Assembly (NCBI RefSeq): GCF_000143415.4 | Contig: NW_003314280.1 | Location: forward strand, 124,001 to 188,000 | Direction: 5' to 3' | DNA length: 64,000 bases | Origin: Selaginella moellendorffii | Lineage: Eukaryota; Plantae; Lycopodiophyta | In this document: one piece after another, positions 50,698 to 61,662 of the stretch | How the letters are laid out: each line of letters begins with the position of its first letter | How positions within the stretch are numbered: the stretch's first letter is position 1 | The notes under the pieces: model-generated | What the model was told of the DNA's origin: nothing | Databases searched by the model: none | What the model saw: the letters and a program-made list of their open reading frames with translations, nothing else | Program-made: the position numbers and the translations under genes

Positions 50698-53308
50698 GAA
50701 GAGTCTACGATTGCTATCCTTTAAAACTCAAAAGCTGCTCCTAGGCTCTTCTGTATGGTCAGAGCACCCCCCAAAAAGGCAGCGCACACCAAGTTGCGAC
50801 TTTTCTGGAGTATAACAAAGAGTCACGATGTTCATACACGTCCTGGGTTTCGGGACGATTTCCAGAATCAAGTTGCCCGGATTTGGATGACATTTGTTTT
50901 TGTGTGTACGGAGTCAATGCTTGACCCCCGGAGCCCCAGAGAAACGAATATGGTTTTGTATTGTGTGTGAAACCAGAGGCTATGGTTGCTGCAGCGTTGC
51001 GAATTGCTGATAAGTATGTGCTACCTACTTTGCATTTGGAGCATCACGTGGCACACACATGAAAAGGATCCATCTTCTATCTCGATTGTTGATAAATGAA
51101 TCCGCTTTTGTTGGGACAGACACAGCGTCACTTTTTGAATCACCCTCTTGAGATCCCGGTAACGTTGTTTAGAGCGCAATCCAAGCTGTGCTGTGCGTGT
51201 GATTTTACTTGCTTGCCGATAGCGACCTCGACACATCGTTCATTGGTTCAGGCTTCTTCGCTCTGCACTTTTAAGACACGGAAGTGGATTGGATTGGATT
51301 CCATGAATTGCCTCCCAGCCACCTATTTTTGCTACGCCTCATGGTCTAACATTGACCGCGCGCGCGCGCCTCTCATGTGGACACTGTGCTTGGGTTAAAA
51401 ACCGAACGAGAAGCAAAGGCCAGCAAAGATGTTTAAAACAAACAAAACTCAGGACCCTCTTTTTGTCTTGCACCTAATCCTCACCTACCGAACCTCGTTC
51501 CGATTCTGATGCTTAGCAACTAAACAAGGCATTTCCCCAGCTTGAATGCGCAAAGCTGATATGGGCAATCAAACGGAAATCCAGATATATACATATTCTA
51601 CGAAAAGAGCATATCAGCAGCGAAGAAACGAAAGAAATTGATTCTATGGCAGCAACCCCAACCGGCCAAGCATCCAACTACCTGCTTCATGCGAAAAGCA
51701 GAAGATTTCTTTAGCTGTGGTGGTATCTATAGAAGCAGGGCGCTGGATTGCTCATGGGACAAGTTGTCGCGCGCGCAGCATAGGGAGATAGGGAGCTCAT
51801 GCCCTTCTTCTCTTAGTGCAGTGATAGAGTCTCTGGAAAATCTAGGGTAATAGATTTCTCGGGCACCTTTTAGGGAGAGTATAAAAACTCTTGCGATACA
51901 TTGGGTTTGGTCCTTTGTTGTCCTGTGGCACATTATTGGCGATCAAGACGCATGTACTTTTCTTTGTGTCGTTGGCAAAAGATCAGAGTAAGGCATATTC
52001 TACCTAGAAACAAGCGGGGATATCCCACCTAATCAGCCTGGAAGTCGATCCAAGGCCCCGTGTGCACACACACACGGATGAAAAACCATACCAAACCAGT
52101 CAAGTGAATCCACATCATGGCATGGATTTAAAAATGACATTCTTATACCAAGGGTTTTTAGGGGGTTGTTAGGTTTAACATTGATGTACGAAAGGGCTAA
52201 TGATAAGTTAGGGCTTGCACTGCAGCTCACCCCACCATGACAACTAGGTACCTTCCCTATTAACACGCCACGCGCCAATGGTAGGTCTACAGGCCTAGTG
52301 GTTACCATTGTAGTAGTGTTTCTACGAGAGGCATGTCCAATCGGATAGCTGGCTGGCATGGATGATGATGATATGGACCATTGGAATGGAACTCTTTCCT
52401 CATATTCACTAACTACATTCTGACTCACAATTCCGTGCATGGGCACCCATGCTCGCCATTCAAAACATGTCTTTTCGACGCATTGATAACCGGCACCATA
52501 GCACGCATGATCATACGCCAAGAATGGGCATGCCCCCCATGCATCGGGGGCAACCAAATGATTGAACCCCAGCGCAGCACACGTAATTGGTGTCCCACCA
52601 ACTATTTTACCCATGCAACTTGGCCACCCACTAAACTAATCTCAATCCCCACACGGGGAGGACGGAGGTTAACAAGCCCCGGCATGCCGCGTGTCATTAG
52701 CGCCAGCTGGGAGGCGACAGTGACAGCTCATACCGCCGAATGACCGGGTTGCAGAATCGAACCCTGGATGGATGAGTGAGTATGTGGCAGGTGGTGTCGC
52801 GTGGCAGCGGGCCGGAGCGTTGGATGCGGCGGAATTGGCGGTGGGAGTGCCGCGGCCGTTAGATGGCCGATTGCAGTCCACGTAGGCGGGACGAGTGCCT
52901 CCAGGTGGCGGTGTCGTGGCTTTCCTCTGCCAGCGTGGCAGCGGGCGTTCCATATAAACCCAATTTCCGCACATAGGCCTCAGGATGCGTGTGTGCATCT
53001 CTTGGACGCTCTCCCGCTGCTGCTTGCCTGGTTTTCATGATTGAAAGGCGCTTCTCTGTCGGGGGTTTTGTTTGTGGGTTTTGTCGATTTGCGAGAAGCC
53101 CAGAGGCCGGATTGTTTGGAGCCGGGGCAGCCAGCGAGTAGCGAGGGCGGTGTGCGTCGCCGATCACCACACTCTTGTTTTCTTCTCCACGGGTAGCGAC
53201 ATTACGCCGTGCACGCGCTCTGGCTTATCCGGGCTTAGTCTTTTAGCTTGGCACGCAGCCTCCTCCCCCATATTTATTTCTGGCCGATTAATCCACCCGC
53301 GAGCAAGG

Positions 53309-54844
53309 ATGGCTGGCAGCCCATCCAAATTCAAGCGAATCTGCGTCTTTTGTGGGAGCAGTAGCGGCAGGAAGAGGAGCTACAGCAATAGTGCTCTGGA
53401 GCTGGGCAAGGAACTGGTGCGGAATTGGTGGAACTTGATTTGATGCCTCGAGCTCACTCGTGCTGCCGTGTGTGCGTGTGCGTGTGCGTGTGTCAAGGTC
53501 GGGCGCAAGATCGATCTGGTGTATGGCGGTGGGAACGTGGGGCTCATGGGCCTCATTGCGCAGGCTGTGCACGAAGGTGGAGGCCATGTCACTGGGTAAG
53601 TTCGCTTTCTCCCCCTTGTTGCACCCAGCCGCGTGGTGCATCCATCTCTTCGATGCATTCATTAAGGCGCTTGCAACTTTGCGAGCGGCTGACAATGTGA
53701 TCACAGAAAAGCCCCTCCAAACAGAGACAGCAGCACACGACAGGGGGATTTTGAGTGTGATCATTGAAGCTTTTACGAGTCAGATTCATTGGCATTCCAT
53801 TCATCCCGTGGCACTAGAGTAGAGCATGGCGCACACGTCGTTTAACTATTCCTTTTCATGTCAGTGTACTGATTGATTTTGTGCCTTGTACGTGCAGGGT
53901 GATTCCGAAGGCGCTCATGTCTAGCGAGGTGAGTGATTTCTCTTGCGTTGCGCTCCTCCTTAAATATCATATCCGCTCTGTGCCGCGCATGTTCTGTGTT
54001 GGATCCAGCTGCTGACCATGATCTGCTGCTCGTTTGCTTTTTGTTTTGTTTCTTCTGCGTTGCCAAGTTGTGGCTTTTCTCATGCCCCTCCGGCGTTGGC
54101 TACTTTCCTGCTCGCTCACCTCTCGTCCGGTTGAACAGATATGCGGCCAAACGGTGGGAGAGGTGCGGCCGGTTGCCGATATGCACCAAAGGAAAGCCGA
54201 GATGGCACGCCAAGCCGACGCCTTCATTGCTCTTCCTGGTATACTGTCACGCAGCGTAGCCTTCATGTGCTTGACATGCCCCCAATCTCGTTGCTTCTTT
54301 CAGGTGGCTACGGAACTTTGGAGGAGCTGTTAGAGGTGATAACATGGGCTCAGCTCGGAATCCACGACAAGCCGGTAAAGCGATTGGTGCTTATTGCTTG
54401 TGTGCGGTCTAAGCTTTGGAATGTTTCTTGTGTGTGTCAGGTGGGATTGCTGAACGTGGATGGCTACTTCAATCCGCTGCTCAACTTGTTTGACAAGGGA
54501 ACCGAGGAGGGGTTTATCCAGCCATCTTATCGGCAGATAGTTGTTTCCGCGTCGACAGCTCACGAACTTGTGAATAGATTGGAGGTACGTTCCCTCCTTA
54601 CAACACCGCTTACTTCCCACCTGGTGTCCGGGATCCTTTCATCCTCTTTTGTCGTCACAGCCTTCTAGAACGCAACTTGCTCGTGTTTCTTTTGTTTCTT
54701 GTTTGTCAAATAGCTCCTTACGGAAAACTGGGCTTCTTGTTGTGAATGCAGGAGTACGTTCCGATGTACATCTGTGTTGCCCCCAAAGAGACATGGGCAA
54801 GGGAGAAGCTCGTCTTTTCGAACGTGCCAAGCCTGGCGTCATGA
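53309..54844 (+). CDS. LOG: LONELY GUY cytokinin nucleotide phosphoribohydrolase, 7 exons
   Basis: [78 protein letters not shown]. Confidence 0.97.
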
Positions 54845-54977
54845 CTCGCGCGTAATATTATACCAGCTTCATCATGGTGTACAAATATCCCGTTGCTGGA
54901 ACGCCATACATAGCTACGCCTTTTAGGGGAGCCCCAATGCATGGACTTTGACAAGCCCAAGAAAAAGTCCATTCACA

Positions 54978-55000
54978 AACACACACACACACACACACAC
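54978..55000 (+). repeat. (CA)n microsatellite
   Basis: acacacacacacacacacacac. Confidence 0.9.
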
Positions 55001-55444
55001 TCACCTTTCTTCTATAACCCCTTCCATCCATCTGTCTGTCCATCCTTTAAATTTCTTTGTTGCCCATTGGCAACCAACCTCTTTGTTTCCCCAACCTTCT
55101 TTCACACAATGATCCTGGTGTTGCTAGGAAGGAACAAGCACCAGTGACACGAAGGGGGTAGGCAGCAAACTTGATGACTAAAGTTTTTTTTTTTTTTTTT
55201 TGTCATATAATATACATATATATATATGTATACTACACGAGGAATCAATCAATCAATGAAGATCACAAAATTACAAGATTTTTTATTAGGGCCCACGCAG
55301 GGCATTGTTCAGCTAGAACGGTGCTTTAGCTTGAAGCAGGGGACAACCCGGCTCGATGGGCACTCAACCTGCGCTGGCTGGCTGTCTTCGCTCCCTTTTG
55401 GCTTGCAAGGCCTTGGGCACAGCCACTGCAACCGCCAGCTTTTA

Positions 55445-56602
55445 TTATTCCTCTGCCGCGCCTGATGCCGCTGTGACCTTTGTTGGGAGGCAATTGAGAT
55501 GCTTCCTCATCATGTACTGGTCCTGCGCAGCTGGACGCCGTGTCGTAAAGAAGCCCTGCACCATCTTATCCAGCCTCACTAGATGGTGCGCCAGCCGCTC
55601 CTCGCTCGCAGCCGTACCGCGACACGGGCGTTGCTGCGGCATCTGGTTGACGACATCCTCGGCCACCACTAAAGCCCTGGTCGCGTTGGACATCCAAACC
55701 TGCTCGAACTGCAAGCCGACATTGCACTCGTATTTGGCCTCTGTCTCCTGCCTCTTCCTCATCCTCACCCCCCTGCCCCTCCGCCTCTTCTCCATGTCCC
55801 GTGCATGCCGCCGCACGTCCTCGCTGCTCGTCACCCTGATGGTATTCCCCAGGAACATGGGCGACGCCAGCGTGATGTTGTCGTAGTCGGCATGGACACG
55901 GCGGAGCTCCATGCTGGTGGCGAGGAAGGCCGTAACATGATCTCGTATGTGCCGAACCAGCGCCTGTGGGCCCTGAACCCCGACGAGGAGCTGGTCCATG
56001 TACCGTATGTACTTGACGCTGTGGATGCCATTCCCTCTGTCCCCGCACCGCTCCGCCCTGGGCGTGCAGTTTGCTTGCATCACCCTCTGCACCTCCCTGT
56101 CCGCGAAGGTGAGGAAGATGTTGCACAGCAGGGGCGTCAACGCGTTGCGCCGGATCCCCTTGCCCTGCTGGGGATAGAAGCACATGTCCTTGATGAGACC
56201 CACCAGCGCCCTGTCCCGGATTCGGGCGATCAAGCTCTTGGTGAGCAGGAAGTGATCCAGGGACTTGACGCAGTGCAGTATGTGCAGCTGGAGATACCAT
56301 TCCACGCCCTGCCACGTGCTCTTTATCTGCCGGAACACGAGCTGGCGGCCGCTGCCCGGCCTCCAGCCCAGCGCCTGGTCTGCGAACCGCGGCTCAAACA
56401 GCCTCTCCACCACCATACGGACAGCCTCGTGGACGATGCGGTCCGTCTGGGCACCAATCTCCACGCGCCTGCTCTTGCGGACTCCAAACCGCGCCAGGGT
56501 TGCCTTGCCATAGGCTAGAGCGCACGCGGGGCCCGTCTGGAACCGGCAGTGCTCCAGCCCGAGGACACCCACCACCACCACCCGCCTGGCGCACCGCAGC
56601 AT
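55445..56602 (-). CDS. Nuclear-encoded group II intron maturase-like protein (nMAT), intronless, degenerate RT and truncated domain X
   Basis: DRIVHEAVRMVVERLFEPRF...GWRPGSG (RT2), WYLQLHI..CVKSLDH (RT3), GIRRNALTPLLCNIFL (RT4), YIRYMDQLLVGVQGP (RT5, YADD lost), FLG (RT7); basic N-terminus. Confidence 0.88.
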   Translation of the reverse strand: MLRCARRVVVVGVLGLEHCRFQTGPACALAYGKATLARFGVRKSRRVEIGAQTDRIVHEAVRMVVERLFEPRFADQALGWRPGSGRQLVFRQIKSTWQGVEWYLQLHILHCVKSLDHFLLTKSLIARIRDRALVGLIKDMCFYPQQGKGIRRNALTPLLCNIFLTFADREVQRVMQANCTPRAERCGDRGNGIHSVKYIRYMDQLLVGVQGPQALVRHIRDHVTAFLATSMELRRVHADYDNITLASPMFLGNTIRVTSSEDVRRHARDMEKRRRGRGVRMRKRQETEAKYECNVGLQFEQVWMSNATRALVVAEDVVNQMPQQRPCRGTAASEERLAHHLVRLDKMVQGFFTTRRPAAQDQYMMRKHLNCLPTKVTAASGAAEE

Positions 56603-56666
56603 TGTTGGTATTGCGGCGAAGCCCTCGTTGTTGACAAAACACTTACATAAAACCTCTCTACCACCT

Positions 56667-58575
56667 CTACGCGGAGGCGTCCACTCCCATCTTGTGGCCC
56701 AAAACCCCCAGCTGGCGGCTCAACTCCGCGCCCGTCACCACCTCCGTGCAGCCATAAATGATGTTCTTGCCGGGTTGACACCTCTGGCCCAGCTCTACAA
56801 GGCTCCCATGCTCCAAGTAGTTGCCACCGCCAATCATGAACACGACAGCCTCCTTGAACGGGCCCTTGGTGTGAATTCCCGGCGCAGAGCCCTTGGGAGC
56901 ACGCGGATCCAGCGTCATGTAAGACTCCAGCTCGGGAGCCAGCCTTGCCTCCATCAGAGATTCCACGGTTCGTGTAAGAGCCAATTGTCTTCCCGCGGAC
57001 AGAAAGTTCTTGACGCCCGCTGTCACTGTTGTGGAGAGCCAGTCCACCAGGTTGCTCTTGCTGCCCGTGTTCACTGACGCCAGCGAGATGTTCAAGGACC
57101 GTATCCTTTTCACATAAAGAAACGATGTGACGTCCACCCGGGCCTCCCGAAGTGCTGCTTCCACAGATTCGATCTCTGCGCCCGCTGCGGATTCCATGGC
57201 CAGCAGATAGACGAGGCCAAGTCGCAATTTATCGTCGCTCGTACCCTTCCCCTTGAGGGCTCCCAGCAGCGCCGTCTTGTCAACCGTCCCCTTGGTCAGC
57301 ATGTCCTCCTCCAGCGAGTAGAAGCCATCCAGATTCCGGCTCTTTATCTCCCCCAAGAGCGCCGTCGCGATGTTGGTGTGCTTGTCAATCATCTTCTTGC
57401 GCTCCGTCAGCTCCGGGAGGGAGTTGACGGCGCTCATCAGGTGCTTGGTGTTCCCCAGCAGCTCTTGCTCGTCAAACGGCACGTCAGCACGCCCCCCGGT
57501 TCTCCTGTTCACCTCCTCCACGTCCTCCTTGTACTTTTTCAGCTGGGCCTCCACTTCTTCCGCCACCTTTGGGAAGGCGGCAGCGTTGTTGGCCACCCAG
57601 AAGGTGTCCGACTCATCCAGCTCGAACGACTTGGCCGCGCCCTTGCCCGCCACGCCGGCAGCCGCGCCCTCCCCCTGAACCACCACGCGGTTGAGCTTCA
57701 TGCCCAGGACGTCGTGCACCAGCGGCCTGTACGTCCACACGTGCTGCACGCCCACCGAGAGCTCAAAGTTCCTGTCGAAGATGCAGCAGAGAGGGCGCTG
57801 GAACGAGGTGCCAAAGTGGCCCGGCTCCGTGAAAAGGTTGTTCCTGGAGACGAGGTGGTCTCTGATCCTGGCGTCCAGCTGCGTCGCCACCATCTCCGCA
57901 GGCCCGCCCCGCGCACAGCGCAGCACCGGCACCACCCCGAGCGTGACGAACACCGAGAAGAGGCCGTTGACAATGGCGTCCACGGCGGCCTCGATGTCCT
58001 TGTCCTGGGCGCAAGGATCGTTGAGCCGGACGTACGTGTCGGGCAGCGCCAGCGAGAACATGGCCGTGTCGAGCGTGACGAACTCGGCGTACTGGTCAAA
58101 CACCTTGGAGAGGCGGTGCATGCAGTCGTTCTTGAGGGCCCCCATGGCGAGCTCCTCGAGCAGCGCGCGCGGGAGCGACGAGGAGAAGTTGAGGTGGAAG
58201 GACTCGTAGACGCCACGGGCGGCGTCCTGTATGATCCTGTGGATGTTGGGCGCGGTTGGCTGGACAAAGTAGATGGCGGGGGCGTCGGGGATGTTTTGGC
58301 GCTCCACGTCGATCATGAAGCAGATGGTGACCCCGTGCTTGCGCAGCTCGTGGAGGTGGATGAGCGGCGACAGGATGTCCCGGCAAAACTTATCCACCAC
58401 AAGCACCTTGTACACGGCGTCGTCGCCCGTGCCGCCCGCGGGGAGCGGCTGGTTGAGGTTGAGCATTCTCTTGATAACATCTGCGCGCAGCACCACCACG
58501 CTGCTCAGCTACGCCACAAAATCCAACCAGATCGAAGCTCTCACCTAGGTGCTTGTGGCGCAGCGACATCGCCAT
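56667..58575 (-). CDS. SLY1: Sec1/Munc18 family protein SLY1, 2 exons
   Basis: MAMSLRHKHL-DVIKRMLNLNQP, YKVLVVD, LRKHGVT, AIYFVQPT, FDRNFEL, NSLPELTERKKMIDKHTNIATALL, AVVFMIGGGNYLE. Confidence 0.96.
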
Positions 58576-58649
58576 GGCTGCCTCGCTCCGCTGCGCGCCA
58601 AACAAACCCTAGATCTATCTTCGACTGACTAGGGCTTTGGCCATTACTA

Positions 58650-59867
58650 ATGTCAGCATTGGCGGGGTGCGTGCTCCTTCGCCCCTACACCCAGTCCCCC
58701 AAGGAGCTGCTTGTTCGCCCCCGGGAGGCGTGGGGAGCGCGGCGCGTGCCGCCGCGCCTCCTTGCTCCCCGCGGAATGGGAAGGCGCTCCAGCAAGATCG
58801 CTGCCAGGAAGGTAGGGTAGGCTTTTTTTTGCGCGATAGATACTTGTGGTCAAGGAATGCTGCCTTGTGTGAGCAGGGAGCGCAAGCGGCAAGGAAGATG
58901 AAGAGGAACCAAAGAATTGGCAAGCAGATCGCAAAAGCGTACGTGCACCAGATTGTTGTGTGTTCCCCGAGTCGGAGGTTTTGTGCTTGCACAGCGTTCG
59001 CGACGGCGGGCCAAATCCTGCGTCCAATCTGGTGCTGGCGTCGCTGCTGCAACAGGCCAGGGAGTGCAACTATCCCAAGGAGCACATTGACAAGCACCTG
59101 AGGAAGGCCACGGACAAGGATCAGCAAGACTACACCGAATGCATCTACGAGGTGCTGCATTTCACTGTCTCCTGTTGTGGCGCCATGCTTCAAAAGTCTG
59201 CGTTTCTCAGGCTTATGGCTTTGGAGGCGTTGGGCTTGTCATGGAGGCCCTCACAGACAACCCCAACCGAGCGTTTGCCAGCATCCGGGACGTGGTGAAG
59301 AAAAGTGGAGCCAAGATGGCGGACTCCGGTTCGGTCATGTTTGGATTCAAGCGAGCAGGAGTAATTGCGGTAAGGCCGGACAAAGTGGATGCCGACCACC
59401 TCTTGCTTGCAGCAATGGACGCGGGCGCGGAGGATCTCATCGCCCCTGAGCCCTGCCATGAAGAAGATACGGACGGAGCGGCAGCAGAGGAGAGGTATAA
59501 AAGCTCTCTCTCCCCATCTCTTAAGAGCAGCGACCGCTCTCTCTTCGCCTCTCATCGGCTTGGCTCGCCAGACACTACAAGGTTGTGATGCCGGTTGAGG
59601 AGTTTGGAGCCGTCAAGACGAAACTGAGCGAGGCCGGAATCAGCATGGACCTGGAAAGCTCTGGGCTCGAGTTTTTACCCGTGGCACCTGTGGAGGTGGG
59701 CTTCTCTCTCTCTCTCACTTTTACTGCCTCGCTAGGTTGTCAAGCATCGAGTGTTTGAGCAGGTGGACGATGAAGCAATGGAGCTCAACAGAGCCTTGAC
59801 AGACATGTTACTGGAGCTCGAAGACGTGGACGCTGTTTATTCCACGCAAAAACAAATAAAATTTTGA
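58650..59867 (+). CDS. YebC/PmpR/TACO1-family protein with an organellar transit peptide, multi-exon
   Basis: Transit peptide then MGRRSSKIAARKGAQ, GGPNPASN, YE-AYGFGGVGLVMEALTDNPNR, GSVMFGFKRAG, LLELEDVDAVYS. Confidence 0.93.
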
Positions 59868-59904
59868 TAAACCCTACCTAGCTTTGCCCTAGAATGCGAG
59901 CGGG

Positions 59905-61503
59905 ATGTTCCCTCCAGCCGCAGCTCCAGAGGTTATGCGCGCCGCCGAGAAGGACGAGCAATACGCTTCCTTCGTCTGCGAATCGTGCTACGATGCGTTT
60001 CGCCACGCATTTGGTATGTGTTCCTTTGTGCCAAATCGAATTGCAGTGCAGCTCATCCCATCCATGTCAACCAGGAACTCGGCTTGCTGTGGCCTACCAG
60101 AATGAGGTACAGAGCTTTCCTCTTTTGACACCACCGCGGCCACGACTTGTTTCCCTTTCAGACCAAACTTGCTGGCCGAGCCCTCTACTACCTCCTGACC
60201 ACGGGGGCGGGACTCCAGACCTTGGGCGAGGAGTATTGTGACATCTTACAGGCAAGAATCTTGCTGTTCTCTGTAGCTTTATGTTGGACTTGTTGCGTAT
60301 CAGGTGGCAGGGGCATCTGGCCTTCCCCCGTCTCCTGCTAGACGTGTTCTTCTCATCTTCTATCAAGCGATTCTCCCATATCTCGGAGAACGTCTCAGGT
60401 AATCAGGGAGACTGTTGGTAGTTCTCATGCTCCGTGTGCACTTCTCTCAGCTCCAGAGCAGCCGCACGAGGAATCCTGTTAGCAAACGAGGAGGGGAGGC
60501 GCGCACGCTCCTCGCTCTCGGGTGGAGAAAATACACGAGCTACAGCAACCAGTAGTCTTTCTTACACGGGGCTGCTGCAAAAGAGTGATCAAGTGCTCAA
60601 GTGGCTGCAATGTTTATGGTCTGCTGCCCTGCAGGGCTGGGCTGTGGTATGAATAGATTTATCGTCACAGCTGCTTGCTAAGCCCTTGTAACTGCAGATT
60701 CTACCTTCCTTGCGCGAAGCTCTTCTACTTCTTTCACGAGCGAACTTGATGCTCTTCTATTTCGATGGTAACTTGCGAGCTCATTTGCTTCATCCTTCAC
60801 TTTGACCGTCCTTGTCTTCAGGAATATATTATCATCTTGCAAAACGAGCAGCTCGAATACGTTACATCCATATGGGAAAGGCAGCGCAGCAAAGGCCCAG
60901 GTTTTGCGGAATGCTATCGATTGATATTACAGCCATGATCGTGGAAATTTGCAGGTACCACATGCTCGGTATGTTCCTACTTCTTCAACTATCGATTTTA
61001 AGCGGGCATTGGCTACGACGAAGTATTCTACCAGCTGTTGCTCTATCGATGCAATCACCCTCAGTTAACAGTGCCTCTCCTCCCGGAGGTGAAGTTTTTC
61101 TTTTATTTCTTTCCAAATATTTATAGATCTTGTCGTAATACATTATCAGCACCTCATCAAAGGATAACTATTCTGGATGAGGACGGAAACATGCCTCAGA
61201 GAAGCTCATTGGAACTAGAGGTGAGAATCAAACAGTTTGTGTGTAGAAAATAATCCCGTCGTGCAGAAGGAGGCTTCTTCGACGAAATGCCCACTGTGCT
61301 TAAGTCCCCGCCAAAATCCCACGGCAACGCCTTGCGGTCATGTGTTTTGCTGGTATGAACACGCTTTGGGTGTTGATCCTTCTACGGTTTTGACTTTCAG
61401 GACTTGCGTCGCGGAATGGTGCAATGAGAAACCCGAATGCCCACTCTGCCGAGCTCCAGTACTGCACTCTAGCCTCGTCTGCGTGTACCATGCAGATTTC
61501 TAA
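59905..61503 (+). CDS. PEX10: Peroxin PEX10 (RING E3), multi-exon, includes a GC-AG intron
   Basis: [91 protein letters not shown]...YHADF. Confidence 0.96.
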
Positions 61504-61662
61504 ACAAGAGTGTGCTACGCGCATGCTTCCGAGGCGTCATTGTTGACTGTCATCTTTGAACCAGTCCCAACATTTGTCCTTTGTATCGTCCGGGGATATG
61601 AGGTGCACGCTCTCTGGTTTTTAACTAGTGTTTTGATTGCTCTGGATCTGGTGCAGGCATTG

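Noticed and set aside
52033-52614. 193-aa - strand ORF upstream of LOG
   Set aside because: No recognisable domain or splice structure; likely a chance ORF.
57378-58628. 416-aa + strand ORF
   Set aside because: Antisense shadow of the GC3-rich SLY1 CDS; no recognisable motifs.
61510-61662. ORF-track N-terminal extension of the LecRK
   Set aside because: It starts at GTG in the PEX10 3' region; the ATG at 61663 begins a proper signal peptide.
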